A DNA stretch of 64,000 nt from positions 13,578,001-13,642,000 of the forward strand of contig NC_043018.1 in NCBI RefSeq assembly GCF_006345805.1. Direction: 5' to 3'. A program made the position numbers and the translations under genes. The notes under the pieces were generated by a model. It worked only from the letters and a program-made list of their open reading frames with translations, was not told where the DNA came from and did no database searches. This document shows, one piece after another, positions 1 through 12,461 of the stretch (position 1 is its first letter; each line of letters begins with the position of its first letter). This stretch comes from Octopus sinensis (taxonomy: Eukaryota).

Positions 1-441
1 GCATGTGCATGCCAGAGATGCCAACCTCATAAAAAAATGATTAGTCAAGATAAATATTCAAGTCAGGAAAATATCTAATATAAGGATCGTTAAGGGAACC
101 AGGTAATGTTTTTCCTTCATTCTCCCCTAAATGATCCCATTGCCCTCCACAAACTAAAATGCAACATCCTACGTCTCCTTAGTGATTATTTCCCGTCCTC
201 ACTTCAGCACATCATCGGTGAAGGCCAAGCTTAGCTGATGAGACTAGAACTGGAACCAAGCTGGAAACGTGTCTAAAATTATCTCCAAGACTTATTGAAA
301 ACAAAAAACAAAAAAAAAATGAAAATAATACTAGTCACTGACTAATATTGTTTTTTTCCTTACTGTAAAATTATTAACTTTTAAAGTTATATTAACTACC
401 TTAATACTATGTTAAATATATTAAACTTGTTTTTTTAGTCT

Positions 442-554
442 GCCCCGGTAGCACAATCGGTTAGCGCGCCGTACTTATAGAGGGTACCTTCCTTGTGTTA
501 ACTCACAAGTCGGGAGATATGCAGAGGTTGTGAGTTCGTGCCTCACCCGGGGCA
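442..554 (+). tRNA. trnI-TAT: tRNA-Ile(TAT) with 39-nt intron (480-518); probably a pseudogene or variant
   Basis: Perfect acceptor stem GCCCCGG/CCGGGGC, A box TAGCACAATCGG, anticodon loop CT-TAT-A, perfect T stem GTGAG/CTCAC, discriminator A. Defects: A12-C23 and C28-A42 mismatches and A58>T in the B box. Confidence 0.85.
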
Positions 555-1139
555 GCGGTATCTCTGGCCGTTGCCAGCGCTGCCCCAACTGGCCTCGTGC
601 CAGTGGCACATAAAAAGCACCCACTACACTCATGGAGTGGTTGGCGTTAGGAAGGGCATCCAGCTGTAGAAACATTGCCAGATCAAACTGGGCCTGGTGC
701 AGCCTCCTGGCTTCCCAGACCCCAGTTGAACTGTCCAATCCGTGCCAGCATGGAGAACGGACGTTAAACGATGATGATGATGATGTTCTGAGACTAATCT
801 TGAATTAGTCCTAAAAAAATCATGAAATGGATTATGTTGATTAGATAAGGTGAAGAGGGAGCAGCAAGCTGATCCTCATACTCTCTCTCTCTCTCTCTTT
901 TTCCTTTCCCAATATTTTTGAGGAATGATTACTAACAATTAATCAACTGAAATACTTAACCTAATTATTTAATCAACCCAGAATTTTGAAATGAAAGTTG
1001 ACACCTACAGGATTTGAACTCTCGATAGAAAGGGTTTTAACTAAATACCACGAAGCATTTCATCAGTTGCTCAACTGATTCTATCAAATTGTCACCATTT
1101 TACCTCACAAAAAGTAACGAAAGAGATAAAAATGTTTAC

Positions 1140-1224
1140 CTGACAATGGTTGAGTGAACACAAAATTCTTTGTCCAGTTGTCCACTGCAAAGGTTAAAAA
1201 TCTGTATAGATCCTGAATTGTTAC
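1140..1224 (-). CDS. WDR11: WDR11 exon 12 (GNNSGSIQIFNLCSGQLDKEFCVHSTIVR); gene continues beyond position 1
   Basis: Matches GTSNGSVLVYHLTSGLLHKELSIHSCEVK. The 12 exons total 1712 nt of open frame. Confidence 0.92.
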
Positions 1225-1680
1225 CTGGGAAAAGAAAAAAAGACACACAACACTTCTTTTTAACATTTGTTTATCCCTACTTCATCCATGTTAGAATATG
1301 TGGGGTAGGATTTTATAAGTTTAACCTTTAAGTTGAGCTGTTGTTTAGCTCCAGGTCAACACAGAACAAAGAGAGATATGATTAATACACACACACACAG
1401 TTGTAACTAACTTGCTTATTTCTTCATCTATGATATAACAAGCATAAGTTATCTACTGATCTTCCAGTAGAGTGAGATTTGATGGAAATTTAGTGACTGT
1501 TTCTAGAAGATAGAGTAAGCACATTAAGCAGTCTTTTAACTTTGAGGTGCACTGGGATCAAGCAAAGAATTGTTGGTGCACTTTGTTTATATCATTTAAT
1601 TAATAATATTTGTGTATAACAAAATTATGAATGGTGTATTTCCTGGTATACAAGTTAAATTTTTCAGACCAAAATTTAAG

Positions 1681-1895
1681 GAGTGGCTGTGTGGTAAGTA
1701 GCTTGCTTACCAACCACATGGTTCCGGGTTCAGTCCCGCTGCTGCGTGGCACCTTGGGCAAGTGTCTTCTACTACAGCCTCAGGCCGACCGAAGCCTGGT
1801 GAGTGGATTTGGTAGACTTGAAACATCTACTATAACCCTGGACTAACCAAAGAATTGTGAGTAAATTTGGTAGACAGAAACTGAAAGAAGCCTAC
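1681..1895 (+). mobile_element. SINE family A, 5' part
   Basis: Same head consensus. Confidence 0.8.
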
Positions 1896-2668
1896 ACACA
1901 CACACACATACATATGGAATAAAATATTCCTCACTTAAAAAACAGGTAAGGGTTAGTGACAAGAAGGACATTTGGCTGTAAAACAATACCTCAATAACAC
2001 TTTGTAACAAAATTTATATATATATATATTTGCCTTTGGTCAGTAAGTGTTATTTCCTATTCGCTTCTATCTGGAAATCAATGGAAATTGACTGCTATTC
2101 CTGTCACACTTTGCTTTTCTAACCTGGACATCAATGTACTGAAACTGACCTATTTTCCATTACATTTCAGACAGATTCAGCACTGGGTTGCTGAAGCAGA
2201 AATATCATTAGATCAAATATTCTGCTCAAAACCACAGATTTGCTTGTCGGTTGCTTGACCATAACCAGTTGAACAAGCCCCTTAGTGGCTGACAATATGT
2301 GCATCTCTGATCGTGAGCAGGAGTAGTAGTGGAGCATCATAGGGGTTTGAACAAATGTAACAAATGCAAAATTTGAAGGAAATATCAGGCCTTTTTCATA
2401 CTTTCTAGGGATAAGCAAATAGGGAATAACAGTTTCTACTCAAGGACAAAAATCGTATCCCACAGTGTTATACATTTGTCCAACTCATTTGCATCTAGGA
2501 CTGCAGTGTCAAATATATCAAGGCCACATTGGACAATGCAGTCCTAGATAAACAGAAAGGTAGGATAGTCAAAGCAGGGTTGACCTGGGGTTTAAAAAGC
2601 AGGAGCAGTAGTAACAACAACAACAACAACAGTAGCAATGTAAAAGAGGAGGCGTTCAACAGACTTAC

Positions 2669-3026
2669 CAACAGCCAGAAGGGGTTTGTACATGGAAGCA
2701 TTTTTCTGGGTTAGTGGTGGTGACATCCTAATCACAGACACCGGGGAAGCAACGCCACTAAGGAGCCCTGTTAACATGAACTTGAGTGCAACACCATGGT
2801 TTGATACACGATACGGAGAACTGGACTCATACATTCCACCAGCACTCAACTGAGGCTGACCTATCAAATCATACAGTGTATTGCGAGGATACGGGATATC
2901 GCTGGTGATCGGGAATTGGTTTGTTCCATCGCAGTAGACAGTGTTGGTAAAACTGACCAGAGGGTCCAAAGAATAGCCAGGTGTGTACAAAGGAGAAGTC
3001 AGCTGTATTGGATAATTATAACCAAC
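2669..3026 (-). CDS. WDR11: WDR11 exon 11 (VGYNYPIQLTSPLYTP...LKFMLTGLLSG...IRMSPPLTQKNASMYKPLLAV)
   Basis: LKFLLTGLLSG and IRMCPPLTTKN motifs; |GTAAGT donor. Confidence 0.96.
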
Positions 3027-4612
3027 CTAAGGAAACGAAACAGATGAGAGATCAATCCATGATAATTAATAAGAGAAAAACACTTTCAACAGCAACCAAG
3101 TTTCATTACCCAACAAAGGGATTAAAGTTAATGAATTACTGGATGCACAATAATAGGTTTCTTTTGGACTTAATGAGGGGATACATGTCCAGCATCCTTG
3201 GCTCTTCAACCAACACCCTACCCAGTTTCATCAGGACAGAGATTGCCATTTTACAGAATAAGCTCAGTAGGTCGGAATGGTTCTTTCAGTACTCATTCTG
3301 TCTGCTGGGACTACAAAATATTTGCCTGACTCAAAATAACATATTTCTCAGTAATTAAAAAATATTTATGGTGCCATGGGAAAAGCCCCCATGCTGGAGC
3401 TACATAGGAGTACCCAGTGCACTTTGTAAAGTAGTTAGCATTAGGAAGGGCATCAAGCCATAGAAACCATGCCAAAACAGACATAGAGCCTGGGTGGCCC
3501 CTCTCAAACCATCTAACCCATGCCAGAATGAAAAACAGACGTTAAATGATGATGATGATGATTAAACATAATCATAATCATCGTCATCATCATCATCATC
3601 ATCATGGTAATTATACTGTCTCTTGGTTTGTTATTGTTATTGTTTAATCCAAAGCCAGGTAGGATCAAACAAAACTATGTTGAAAAGCATTCAAGACATA
3701 ACTGCAACATCATTTTTTGTTGACTTCAGGAATTGTGTATGCTGGACTACACTATCCAAGCCGACCTAGGTAGAGTATAGGTCTGAGGGATATTTGGCTG
3801 TCATGTCCAGAACCATATAAAGGCGATTATGTCTTGCACATCAAGAGACCACAATTATACATGTATGACAGAGTGTACACCCTGTGGCATGAGAGCCAAA
3901 CTTTCAAATTGATTTGAATAATTCAGTTTGGAACTTTCATCACGCACTCTCAATGATGCTACTCTAACTGCAACTTATCATGCTGGTTCACAATTCCTTT
4001 ATCAACAGAGCCCTACACTATATACACACACACATTATATATGTATGTATATCATCATCATCGTTTAGCATCTGCTTTCCATGCTAGCATGGGTTGGACG
4101 GTTCAACTGGGGTCTGGGAAGCCAGAAGGCTGCACCAGGCCCAGTCTGATCTGGCAATGTTTCTACGGCTGGATGCCCTTCTTAACGCCAACCACTCCGT
4201 GAGTGTAGTGGGTGTATTTACGTGCCACCGGCACAAGTGCCAGGCCAGGCTGGCAAACAGCCACAATCGGATGGTGCCACGGGGGCCAGGTGAGGCTGGC
4301 AAACGGCCACAATCAGATGGTACTTTTTACGTGCCAACGGCACGGGGGCCAGGCGAGGCTGGCAACGGCCACGATCGGATGGTGCTTTTTTATATAATAT
4401 TAATAGTTAGGAAATATAAAAATTCCAAGCCAACAGGGAAAAAAATTCAATTTAGTACACTAAAATCAAGAATTCACAATATATTATATATATATATAGA
4501 ATTTAGAGACAAACCGCTATTTATATATACACACACACACACACACACATTATATTAAAATGCAATATAAGATACAAGAAATATAAAGCAAATAACAGAA
4601 GGCAAAGGTTAC

Positions 4613-4800
4613 CTTGTATTCTGTAGCTTTTAACTCAATGAAAAGCACTCTGCTATCACTCATTACCAGAGCTAGTAACCTTTCTGATACAGCACATAGA
4701 GAGACTCCAAATACTTTACTATGTCGAGTTATTCGTAACGGATCTGATTGGCATCGTAGGTCATAGGAAATATCCAAAGCTGGATTCAACAAGCCATCAT
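4613..4800 (-). CDS. WDR11: WDR11 exon 10 (DDGLLNPALDISYDLRCQSDPLRITRHSKVF...LKATEYK)
   Basis: YDLR.Q.D..R.T motif; phases 1/0. Confidence 0.95.
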
Positions 4801-5039
4801 CTACAAAGGAAAGAAAAACATTGAGTGTAGGTGTCGTGAAAAAAATGTACTCAAGAACATTCTGTAAAATTGGTTGGTATGAGGAAGAATATCTAACCAA
4901 AGAAACTAAGTACGGGCACCAGTCTATAAGAGAAGCAGCTCCCAATAGGAACTGATTTGAACTGTGAGGAATCATCCAACCCATGCTTGCATGGAAACCA
5001 GACATGAAATAATGATGATGATTATGATGTGTGTGTGTG

Positions 5040-5275
5040 TGTGTTAGTTAAGTTAAGTTAATTTTTTGGCTCAAAAAGCAAAAAGCAAGGCCATGTAGGG
5101 GGACATGGAGTTATGTACAGGGTGGTGTTCATGCAAAGAGTTCAGGCCATTTGTGGTCAAGGGAGACTTTGGACCGAGCGGTCGTCGGCATCTTCACTAT
5201 CTCGTCCGGCAGCTTATTCCACGGATCCGCAACCTGGACGGAGAAAGCCCGTGCGTGCGTGTGATCCTTTGATGT
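5040..5275 (-). mobile_element. CR1-type LINE 3' end
   Basis: RAFSVQVADPWNKLPDEIVK...LD C-terminal motif and (TAACT)n tail. Confidence 0.75.
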
Positions 5276-5539
5276 CCGTTTTCCATGTTGGTATGGGTTG
5301 GTTGGTTTGACCATAGCTGGCAAGCTGGAGAGCTACACCAAGTTCCAATCTAATTTGGCTTGGTTTCTACAGCTAAATGTCCTTCCTAATGCCAACCACT
5401 TTACAGGGTGTGTTGGGTGCTTTTAATGTGGCACCAGCATGAATACTTTCTACATGGTTCCAGTACCGAACTCATGCAGCCCAATCCTCTTCACCATGGG
5501 ATGCAACCTTAACAACACTTCTGCTGCTGCCGTATTTAA

Positions 5540-5760
5540 CCCTTTCGTTACTGTATTTATTTTGAGATGTTCTGTGTTTCTTTCAATTACTTTAACTATA
5601 ACAAAGAATTTAGTAAAATAACTTAGTTATCATTAAGCTAATGTTAGGAACATAAATTATGACTAAGGTTTGGTGGAAGATTTTAATTCAAAACTTATGA
5701 AAACAAGACATTTGTACTCAGAGTACAGAGCTGGTTTCAGCCGGGTTGGTAATGAAAGGG
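5540..5760. mobile_element. piggyBac-type MITE
   Basis: TTAA|CCCTTTCGTTAC ... GTAATGAAAGGG|TTAA; second copy at 42948-43171. Confidence 0.85.
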
Positions 5761-5983
5761 TTAATGCTGCAACTTTTAGTAGATAAAGCTTAAGTACAGT
5801 GAATTAAGGAACCAATGACTTGCTTGTTAATGTCCAAAATGACTATCAGGATGCAATTCTTTTAGTCTCCAAAACACAATCTTGGATCAAATTACTAAAC
5901 AAGGGTAACTCAAAAGTAAATATCTACCGATAAAAATTCTTTCTATATTAATTAAAATGATAAATGATAAAATAGTTTCTTAC

Positions 5984-6107
5984 CAAATGCGCCGGTTCCC
6001 TCTGATGCTGGAGTACTGATTATGTTTGTTTTGCGGCGCACACGTACGGTGATGCTTCCATTCTCATGAAGACACATCAGTACATCCCTCTGTCGACAGG
6101 ACAACAC
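5984..6107 (-). CDS. WDR11: WDR11 exon 9 (VLSCRQRDVLMCLHENGSITVRVRRK...)
   Basis: CLHENG.IT.RVRR motif; AG/GTAAG boundaries; not in the ORF track. Confidence 0.95.
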
Positions 6108-6326
6108 CTACCAAAACAGAAAATAATCCCAAAATATAAAGCTATTGAAGTATTCTTCGGTTGGCTTGACTCAACATTTTCCTTAAGTCCAATACAACAT
6201 GGCCATACTACAGTCTCACAAACCAACAGAGGAACATCTACATACTTGCTCAACAAGAAGCTATCAAATTTCTCTCAAATCACATGACAACATATGTTTT
6301 AACATACTAAAGAAGCGTGTGTGTGT

Positions 6327-6760
6327 GGCACGTAAAAGCACCATCCGTTCGCGTCCGTTGCCAGCCTCGGCTGGCCCCCGTGCCGGTGACACGTAAAAGC
6401 ACCGTCCGTTCGTGGCCGGTTGCCAGCTCTGTCTGGCCCCGTGTCGGTGGCACGTAAAAGCACCATCCGTTCGTGTCCGTTGCCAGCATCGCCTGGCCCC
6501 GTGCCGGTGACACGTAAAAGCACCATCCGTTCGTGGCCGTTCGCCAGCTCTGTCTGGCACCTGTGCAGGTGGCACGTAAAAAACACCCACTACACTCGCG
6601 GAGTGGTTGGCGTTAGGAAGGGCATCCAGCCGTAGAAACACTGCCAGATCTGACTGGGCCTGACGAAGCCTTCCAGCTTCACAGACCCCAGTTGACCCGT
6701 CCAACCCATGCTAGCATGGAAAGCGGACGCTAAACGATGATGATGATGATGATGATGATA
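6327..6760 (+). mobile_element. RTE-type 3' tail repeat with internal ~60-bp VNTR and (GAT)n end. Other copies at 565-785(+), 3370-3610(+), 4050-4390(-), 8330-8655(+), 21960-22200(-), 27566-27890(-), 33357-33640(-) and 36370-36790(-)
   Basis: GGCGTTAGGAAGGGCATCCAGC...CCAACCCATGCTAGCATGGAAA.CGGACG.TAAACGATGATGAT consensus; the RTE link is inferred. Confidence 0.8.
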
Positions 6761-6841
6761 TATATACTGTGTATATATATATGTATATACTTTATTTAAA
6801 AGCAGCAGAAATATAACAAATATTTCGTTTGTCCACTTACT

Positions 6842-6880
<39 letters not shown>

Positions 6881-7163
6881 TGTGAAATGGGGTTACTTTG
6901 AACAGTTTTAGTCTTCTTATTGCAATAATTTCATAACACTTTTTTTTTCAATCTTAACTAAATTTGACTATGTTAGGGGGAGTAAATAGGTAAACTGATT
7001 TCATTGACCCCACAAGGATGAAAGACAATGTTGACCTTGGTGACATTTGAACCTAGAATATAAAGAGCTGGATGAAATTTCTCTAAGCAGTTTGACCAGT
7101 GCAATAACAATGCTGCCAACACACAGCCCTCAATGGACTGATCATAAAATCTATGAGATTTAC

Positions 7164-7344
7164 CTGCATAAAAGGTGAACCAGTTCTCTCCATGGGTATA
7201 ATTCCAACAGTTTGGTTGATTTTCAGATCCAGTATGAGAACTTCTCGAGGATAAACGAGTATCAAGTGATGCCGACAGCAATTATGGTAAGCTAATTGCA
7301 GACATTCATTCAAAGTGAAAGGTTCTTCATCATTTAAGTTTGAC
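7164..7344 (-). CDS. WDR11: WDR11 exon 8 (...LNECLQLAYHNCCRHHLILVYPREVLILDLKINQTVG...FMQ)
   Basis: Closely matches NDCLQLAY...YPREILILDLEVNQTVG of WDR11. Confidence 0.96.
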
Positions 7345-7599
7345 CTAGAAATTAGAAATAAAAGACAAAATTGTTAAACAATGTGGAAAGATTTTTTTTG
7401 GGGTTTTTTTTTACTGGTTTCAGTCCCTGGATACTGGTCATGCTGGGGTATTCTCTTCAGTAGATCTTAATCCATTGTATTAACCCCAGGGCCTTGTCTC
7501 ATACCGAATTTAGTTTTTCACAACAAAGGACAAAAGCTGCAGAACATCAACAACAATAAATCATTATATGAAATAAACTTAAGCTTTAAAATAACTCAC

Positions 7600-7699
7600 T
7601 TTAATTTGCTCTCACCAACAAGGACCCTAGAGACCCTTTTCGCAAGATTCCGGGACGACTTTTTATCCAAAGATTCAGAATTTGACGATCGATTTGAAC
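7600..7699 (-). CDS. WDR11: WDR11 exon 7 (GSNRSSNSESLDKKSSRNLAKRVSRVLVGESKL)
   Basis: Poorly conserved linker; ttccag| acceptor and AA|GTGAGT donor give exactly the 1/2 phases needed between exons 6 and 8. Confidence 0.82.
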
Positions 7700-9322
7700 C
7701 TGGAAATGTAACAGTGAAATATTTATTGTTTTTTTTTTTTCAGCTAAGTACTCCTGGGTAGGGTTTTAAAAGCTCAATGATTGTGTATTGCAAAAGTATA
7801 AAAGCAGAATTGCATATGAATTCCCTTGGCAAAGGATCGAAACAAACCCAGATGGCTGTTTCCCATTTATCTGCAAGCAAGAATTTTGCATTTACAAGCA
7901 GACACTTCGCATTCATCATAATATAATGTTACAGAAATCCTCTACAGTTTGGTATATTATTAATAAAACAGTGTTAAAACACTGGTAATTTATCACTAAT
8001 ACATTTGAAAACATTACTATATCTGACGCCCTTAAGGCGTTGAGCTGGCGGAATTATTAGCGTGCTGGACGAAACACTTGGTGGTATTTCACCTGTCGCT
8101 ATGTTCTGAGTTCAAATTCCACTGAGATTGACTTTGCCTTTCATCCTTTCGGGATCAATAAATCAAGTACCAGCGAAACACCGGGGTCGATGTCATCGTC
8201 TAGTCTCCACCCACCAAATTTCAGGCCTTGTGCCTAAAGTAGAAAGGACTATATCTGATACCATTAGCATTTGCAATGATAATATGAGAATTGAAATCAA
8301 TCAACATCAATGGAAATTGCAGCTGTGATACCAGTGCCGGTGGCACATAAGAGAACCATCCAAACGTGGCCGTTGCCAGCGCCGCCCCGACTGGCCTCGT
8401 GCTGGTGGCACGTAAAAAGCACCATCCGTTCATGGCCGTTTGCCAGCCTCGTCTGGCACCTGTGCGGGTGGCACGTAAAAAGCACCCACTACACTCATGG
8501 AGTGGTTGGCGTTAGGAAGGGCATCCAGCCGTAGAAACACTGCCAGATCAGACTGGGCCTGGTGCAGCCTTCTGACTTCCCAGACCCCAGTTGAACCGTC
8601 CAACCCATGCTAGCATGGAAAGCGGACGCTAAATGATGATGATGATGATGATGAATATGACACTCCTGTCTACTTTATAGCAGAAACAAAATGACTCAGT
8701 GAATACAGATCAAAGCCTTTCTTTGAAATCTACTGTTATTTTGTAGCTGTTATTGTTTAACTCCAGATCAACTTTGATTGAACAGACCTGTTATCAAAAG
8801 CATTCCAACAATAGTCATCATATCTTTCAATGTAAAACTACATTATCCAATGTGTCTTTCTTTTAAGAGAACAAGATGATGACAGGTGACTGAAACGTTT
8901 GGTGATTTGCTGCGCCTGAGAAAATACATCATCCCAAGTGAAATCATAGTCGTAGCCAGGGCTGGTGACACATAAAAGGCACCTGTGCTGGTGACACATA
9001 AAAGACCCAAAACGATAAATAAAAGTTCCACTCCTGGTGCCATGTAAAAATGTCTGTGCCAGTTCCTTGTAAAAGCGCCCGTGCTGGTGTCACATAAAGA
9101 CACCTGTGCCGGTGCCATGTAAAAGCAGGTGTCATGTAGAATACACTCTGTAAAATGGTTGGTGTTAGGAAGGGCATCTAGCCATAGAAACCCTGCCAGA
9201 ACAGATAATTGGAGCCTGAACAGCACTTAAGCTGGCCAGCTTCTGTCAAACTGTCCAACCCATGGAGAACAGACATTAAAAGATGATGATGAAATAAAAA
9301 CCGTTTTGTAAATGATGCTTAC

Positions 9323-9424
9323 CTTGTGCCGAAGGACTAGAAATGTAAAACTTCTTCCCATTACTAGATGGGAGTTTATTCACAGAGAAGTCATCCACAA
9401 ATATGATACAATCCTGACCCAGAA
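9323..9424 (-). CDS. WDR11: WDR11 exon 6 (LGQDCIIFVDDFSVNKLPSSNGKKFYISSPSAQ)
   Basis: Matches IVFISDFSPSKPPSGPGKKVYISSP; phases 1/1. Confidence 0.93.
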
Positions 9425-11276
9425 CTGAAAATATGAAAAAAAGTATTTCAAAATTAAATGAAAGTGGCAGTAGGGGTTTTATAAAAGGGGAAAATAAAAG
9501 CAAAATATTCACCACAGAAAGAGGAAACGGAATAAACAGAACAGAAAGAGACATGTGGGATAGAAAGTTGCTGAAGAGGTCACAGGATGTTTGTTGAAAG
9601 GGACTAAACTACTAAAACTGAAGCGAAGACCAAATACTTGGCACAGGTGTTTAATCTCTTTTATAAAATCCGTTCTGTCTGTGTGTCTTCTAGGATCTCG
9701 GGCATCCTCCATCTGATTGTGCTCAAATTTGATATGTAGATACCGACGGTATCAGGGTGTGTATAAGTCTTGAAAAAATTACAAAAATCGATTCCAGGTG
9801 AGAATGCGACCGATAAAGCCGTTTTTGTCCTGCTTTTCTTCCGTCAACCTTTACATAACTGCACCTTCCATTTTTTGTTGTTTTTGTACGTTTCTCCCTC
9901 CTGCCAAGCTTACAGTTTAAACCATGTTTGTGTTCTCCCAGTCAACAGCCTTATCATTACTGGTACTTTAAACACTTCGGTTGCATATTTGTGTGAATAA
10001 AATCGTTTTTCTTTAGAATAGAAAAAAGTCTATCTTTATTTTTTCGTTTGCTGGTGTCTCTAATTTAGGTTAAATCAGTGTTTCTCAAAGGGGAGGCCTA
10101 TGGGACGGTTGGATAAGTTGTTTTGAGGAAATTTGGTTTAAATGTTTGACAACTCAGTGCCGTCGATTGGACGCGGGGCGTTTTGCTCGTTGGCAATATA
10201 TGACTATCCCAAAATATAACAATATCTGTTTCAACACACAATTTCACAAGAATCTTCTTGCAAAACAAATACATAAACGTAAAAGCAAAATGATTTTCAT
10301 AAAAATAAGAAATACAATAGCTGTACTTCTTATAATGGTTTTTAAGTTATTCACAGAGCTTTTTGTTATCTTTGCTTTAATAATGGTTTCAAATTTTGGC
10401 ACAAGGCCAGCAATTTCGGGGGAATGTGCTAAGTCAATTACATCAACCCCAGTGCTCAACCGGTACTTACTTTATCAACCCCAACAGGATGAAAGGCAAA
10501 GTCACCATGGCAGAATTTGAACTCAAAGCTGGCAAGCTGGCAGAAACGTTAGCATGCCAGACGAAATGCTTAGCAGTATTTCGTTTGCTGTTACGTTCTG
10601 AGTTCAAATTCCGCCGAGGTCGACTTTGCCTTTCATCGTTTCGGGGTCAATTAAACATAGAGGGGACAAACAAGGACAGACAAAGGGATTAAGTTGATTA
10701 CATTAACCCTAGTGCATAACTGGTACTTAATTTATTGACCCCGAAGGGATGAAAGGCAAAGTTGACTTTGGTGGAATTTGAACTCAGAACGTAACAGCAT
10801 GCTAACGTTTCTCCCAACTCACCGCCTGATGCTCTAATAATTCTGCCAATCCGCACCCACCTTATAATTACAACAAGAGCACTAACAACAACAACAACAA
10901 CATTAATAACACTGATATCAATAATACATGTAAGTACTGATAAGAATCATAAAATCACTAACATAATTACCAAATTTATTTTTAATACGCTTCGGCAGGT
11001 TCAGACGCAAAAGATGCTGGTTGTTGTTGTGAACACATTGCAGAAGAAGAAGAAGAATTTCTCTTTTTTATAACAACAGTTTGTTCAACACACTTGGTTC
11101 ATTGGTGCAAAGGATTCTGGGACATGCTGTGTCATGCCAAGCAGAAGCACCGAAACCTTTCGGCCTCAACCAGCTGCACTTATAACGTTAGCAGTTATAA
11201 GCTTTAACATTAACAACACTTGGCACAAATAACAGAATGAGGGAGAACAACAACAGCAACAACAAGCGTAACTTAC

Positions 11277-11450
11277 AAGCAATGTTCTTCATTTCAAACG
11301 GGTCAAAGACAAATGAGACGAGCGATTCTGTGTACGATTTCTTCCAGATTTTATTTCCAGTCTCTGCATTCCACAACACCAAAGAATAAGGAGGGTGTAG
11401 AGCCACTAAGTAGCTGTGGTTTGTGTCCTGACATGACAGCCACTCCATAT
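11277..11450 (-). CDS. WDR11: WDR11 exon 5 (DMEWLSCQD...LHPPYSLVLWNAETGNKIWKKSY...FDPFE)
   Basis: WD-repeat HPP..LWNA.TG.K.WKKSY signature; |GTAAGT donor. Confidence 0.96.
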
Positions 11451-12011
11451 CTACAAGAATTAAATTCATCTATCAAAATAATATTCAAATCACAGACACT
11501 GAATAGCTTCAACAAAGCTACAACATTCTTTCCATCTTCTTTAATCGTGAATTAAAACAATTAAAAACAATTAAATGCTAAACCTTAAATAAGGTTTATT
11601 AAAATGGTATAATTTACATTTCAAACTGCCTGATATAGAAGTGTATATTACTTAATATAGTATCTGTATTCTTGAAGAATTCTTCAAAGCTAAGAAACTG
11701 ATATGAGTTACAGCTGGTCAAATCAATAGCCAAAGGACCTTCTATATACAGGCTTCAATATTTGCATCTAAACATTCGGTAAACATTTTCAAGTCCATCT
11801 GAGTTCTTGTGCTTTATCAACGGAAGCAACCTAAGATACCTGATGTATTGTGACCCCCTTTGGTCATGAATGACCATGGGATTGCACCTAGAAATTTACC
11901 CACCCAGGCACAAGTCTGGGCAAGTTTGTTTATGGAAGACCAGAGGTGACATGGAACAAGGTTCTAGAACATCTTTAGTTTGACTTGCAAATGTCTGTGC
12001 CAACTGCATCA

Positions 12012-12063
<52 letters not shown>

Positions 12064-12307
12064 AATAGGAAATGAATCACTAACAAGATTAATTTTCCTT
12101 CAAAAATGTAAGTTTGTTTCTATGAACAGCCAGCCCAGCAACGATAATTTTTTTGGTAAAAAATGGCCAATAATATCCAAATGAATTTTTTAAAGTCTTA
12201 GAACAAGAACGTATACATGAAAAACAATGACAATAAAATGAGAATTCTACAGACTTAAAAGCATTTTGTTATTTTAAAGAGAATCAAATCAAACAAAATT
12301 GTCACAC

Positions 12308-12461
12308 CTTGGATTGTCTTGTTCCCATCTGAAAACTCTGATTTAACTTCACCAGTGACAACATCCCACAGCATGATTGTACCTGATGCATCAGCCGAAG
12401 CGAGTTGCAGTGTGTAGGGGCTGGCAGTGTCATGGTGATAATTCTGTCGGGCCCATTTAAC
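12308..12461 (-). CDS. WDR11: WDR11 exon 4 (VKWARQNYHHDTASPYTLQLASADASG...)
   Basis: Strong similarity to VKWARENYHHNIGSPYCLRLASAD; AG/GT boundaries; phases 0/1. Confidence 0.96.

Noticed and set aside
2981-3358. 125-aa plus-strand ORF
   Set aside because: Antisense to WDR11 exon 11 and its intron, with no homology or motif.
6327-6580. Regularly spaced ~60-bp units (and the 129-bp array at 44062) resembling CRISPR arrays
   Set aside because: Eukaryotic context; whole units repeat with no unique spacers; both derive from retroposon sequence.
8843-8920. Candidate WDR11 exon after ttctcag at about 8915
   Set aside because: Poor donor, resembles a dispersed repeat, and exons 6 and 7 already join in phase without it.
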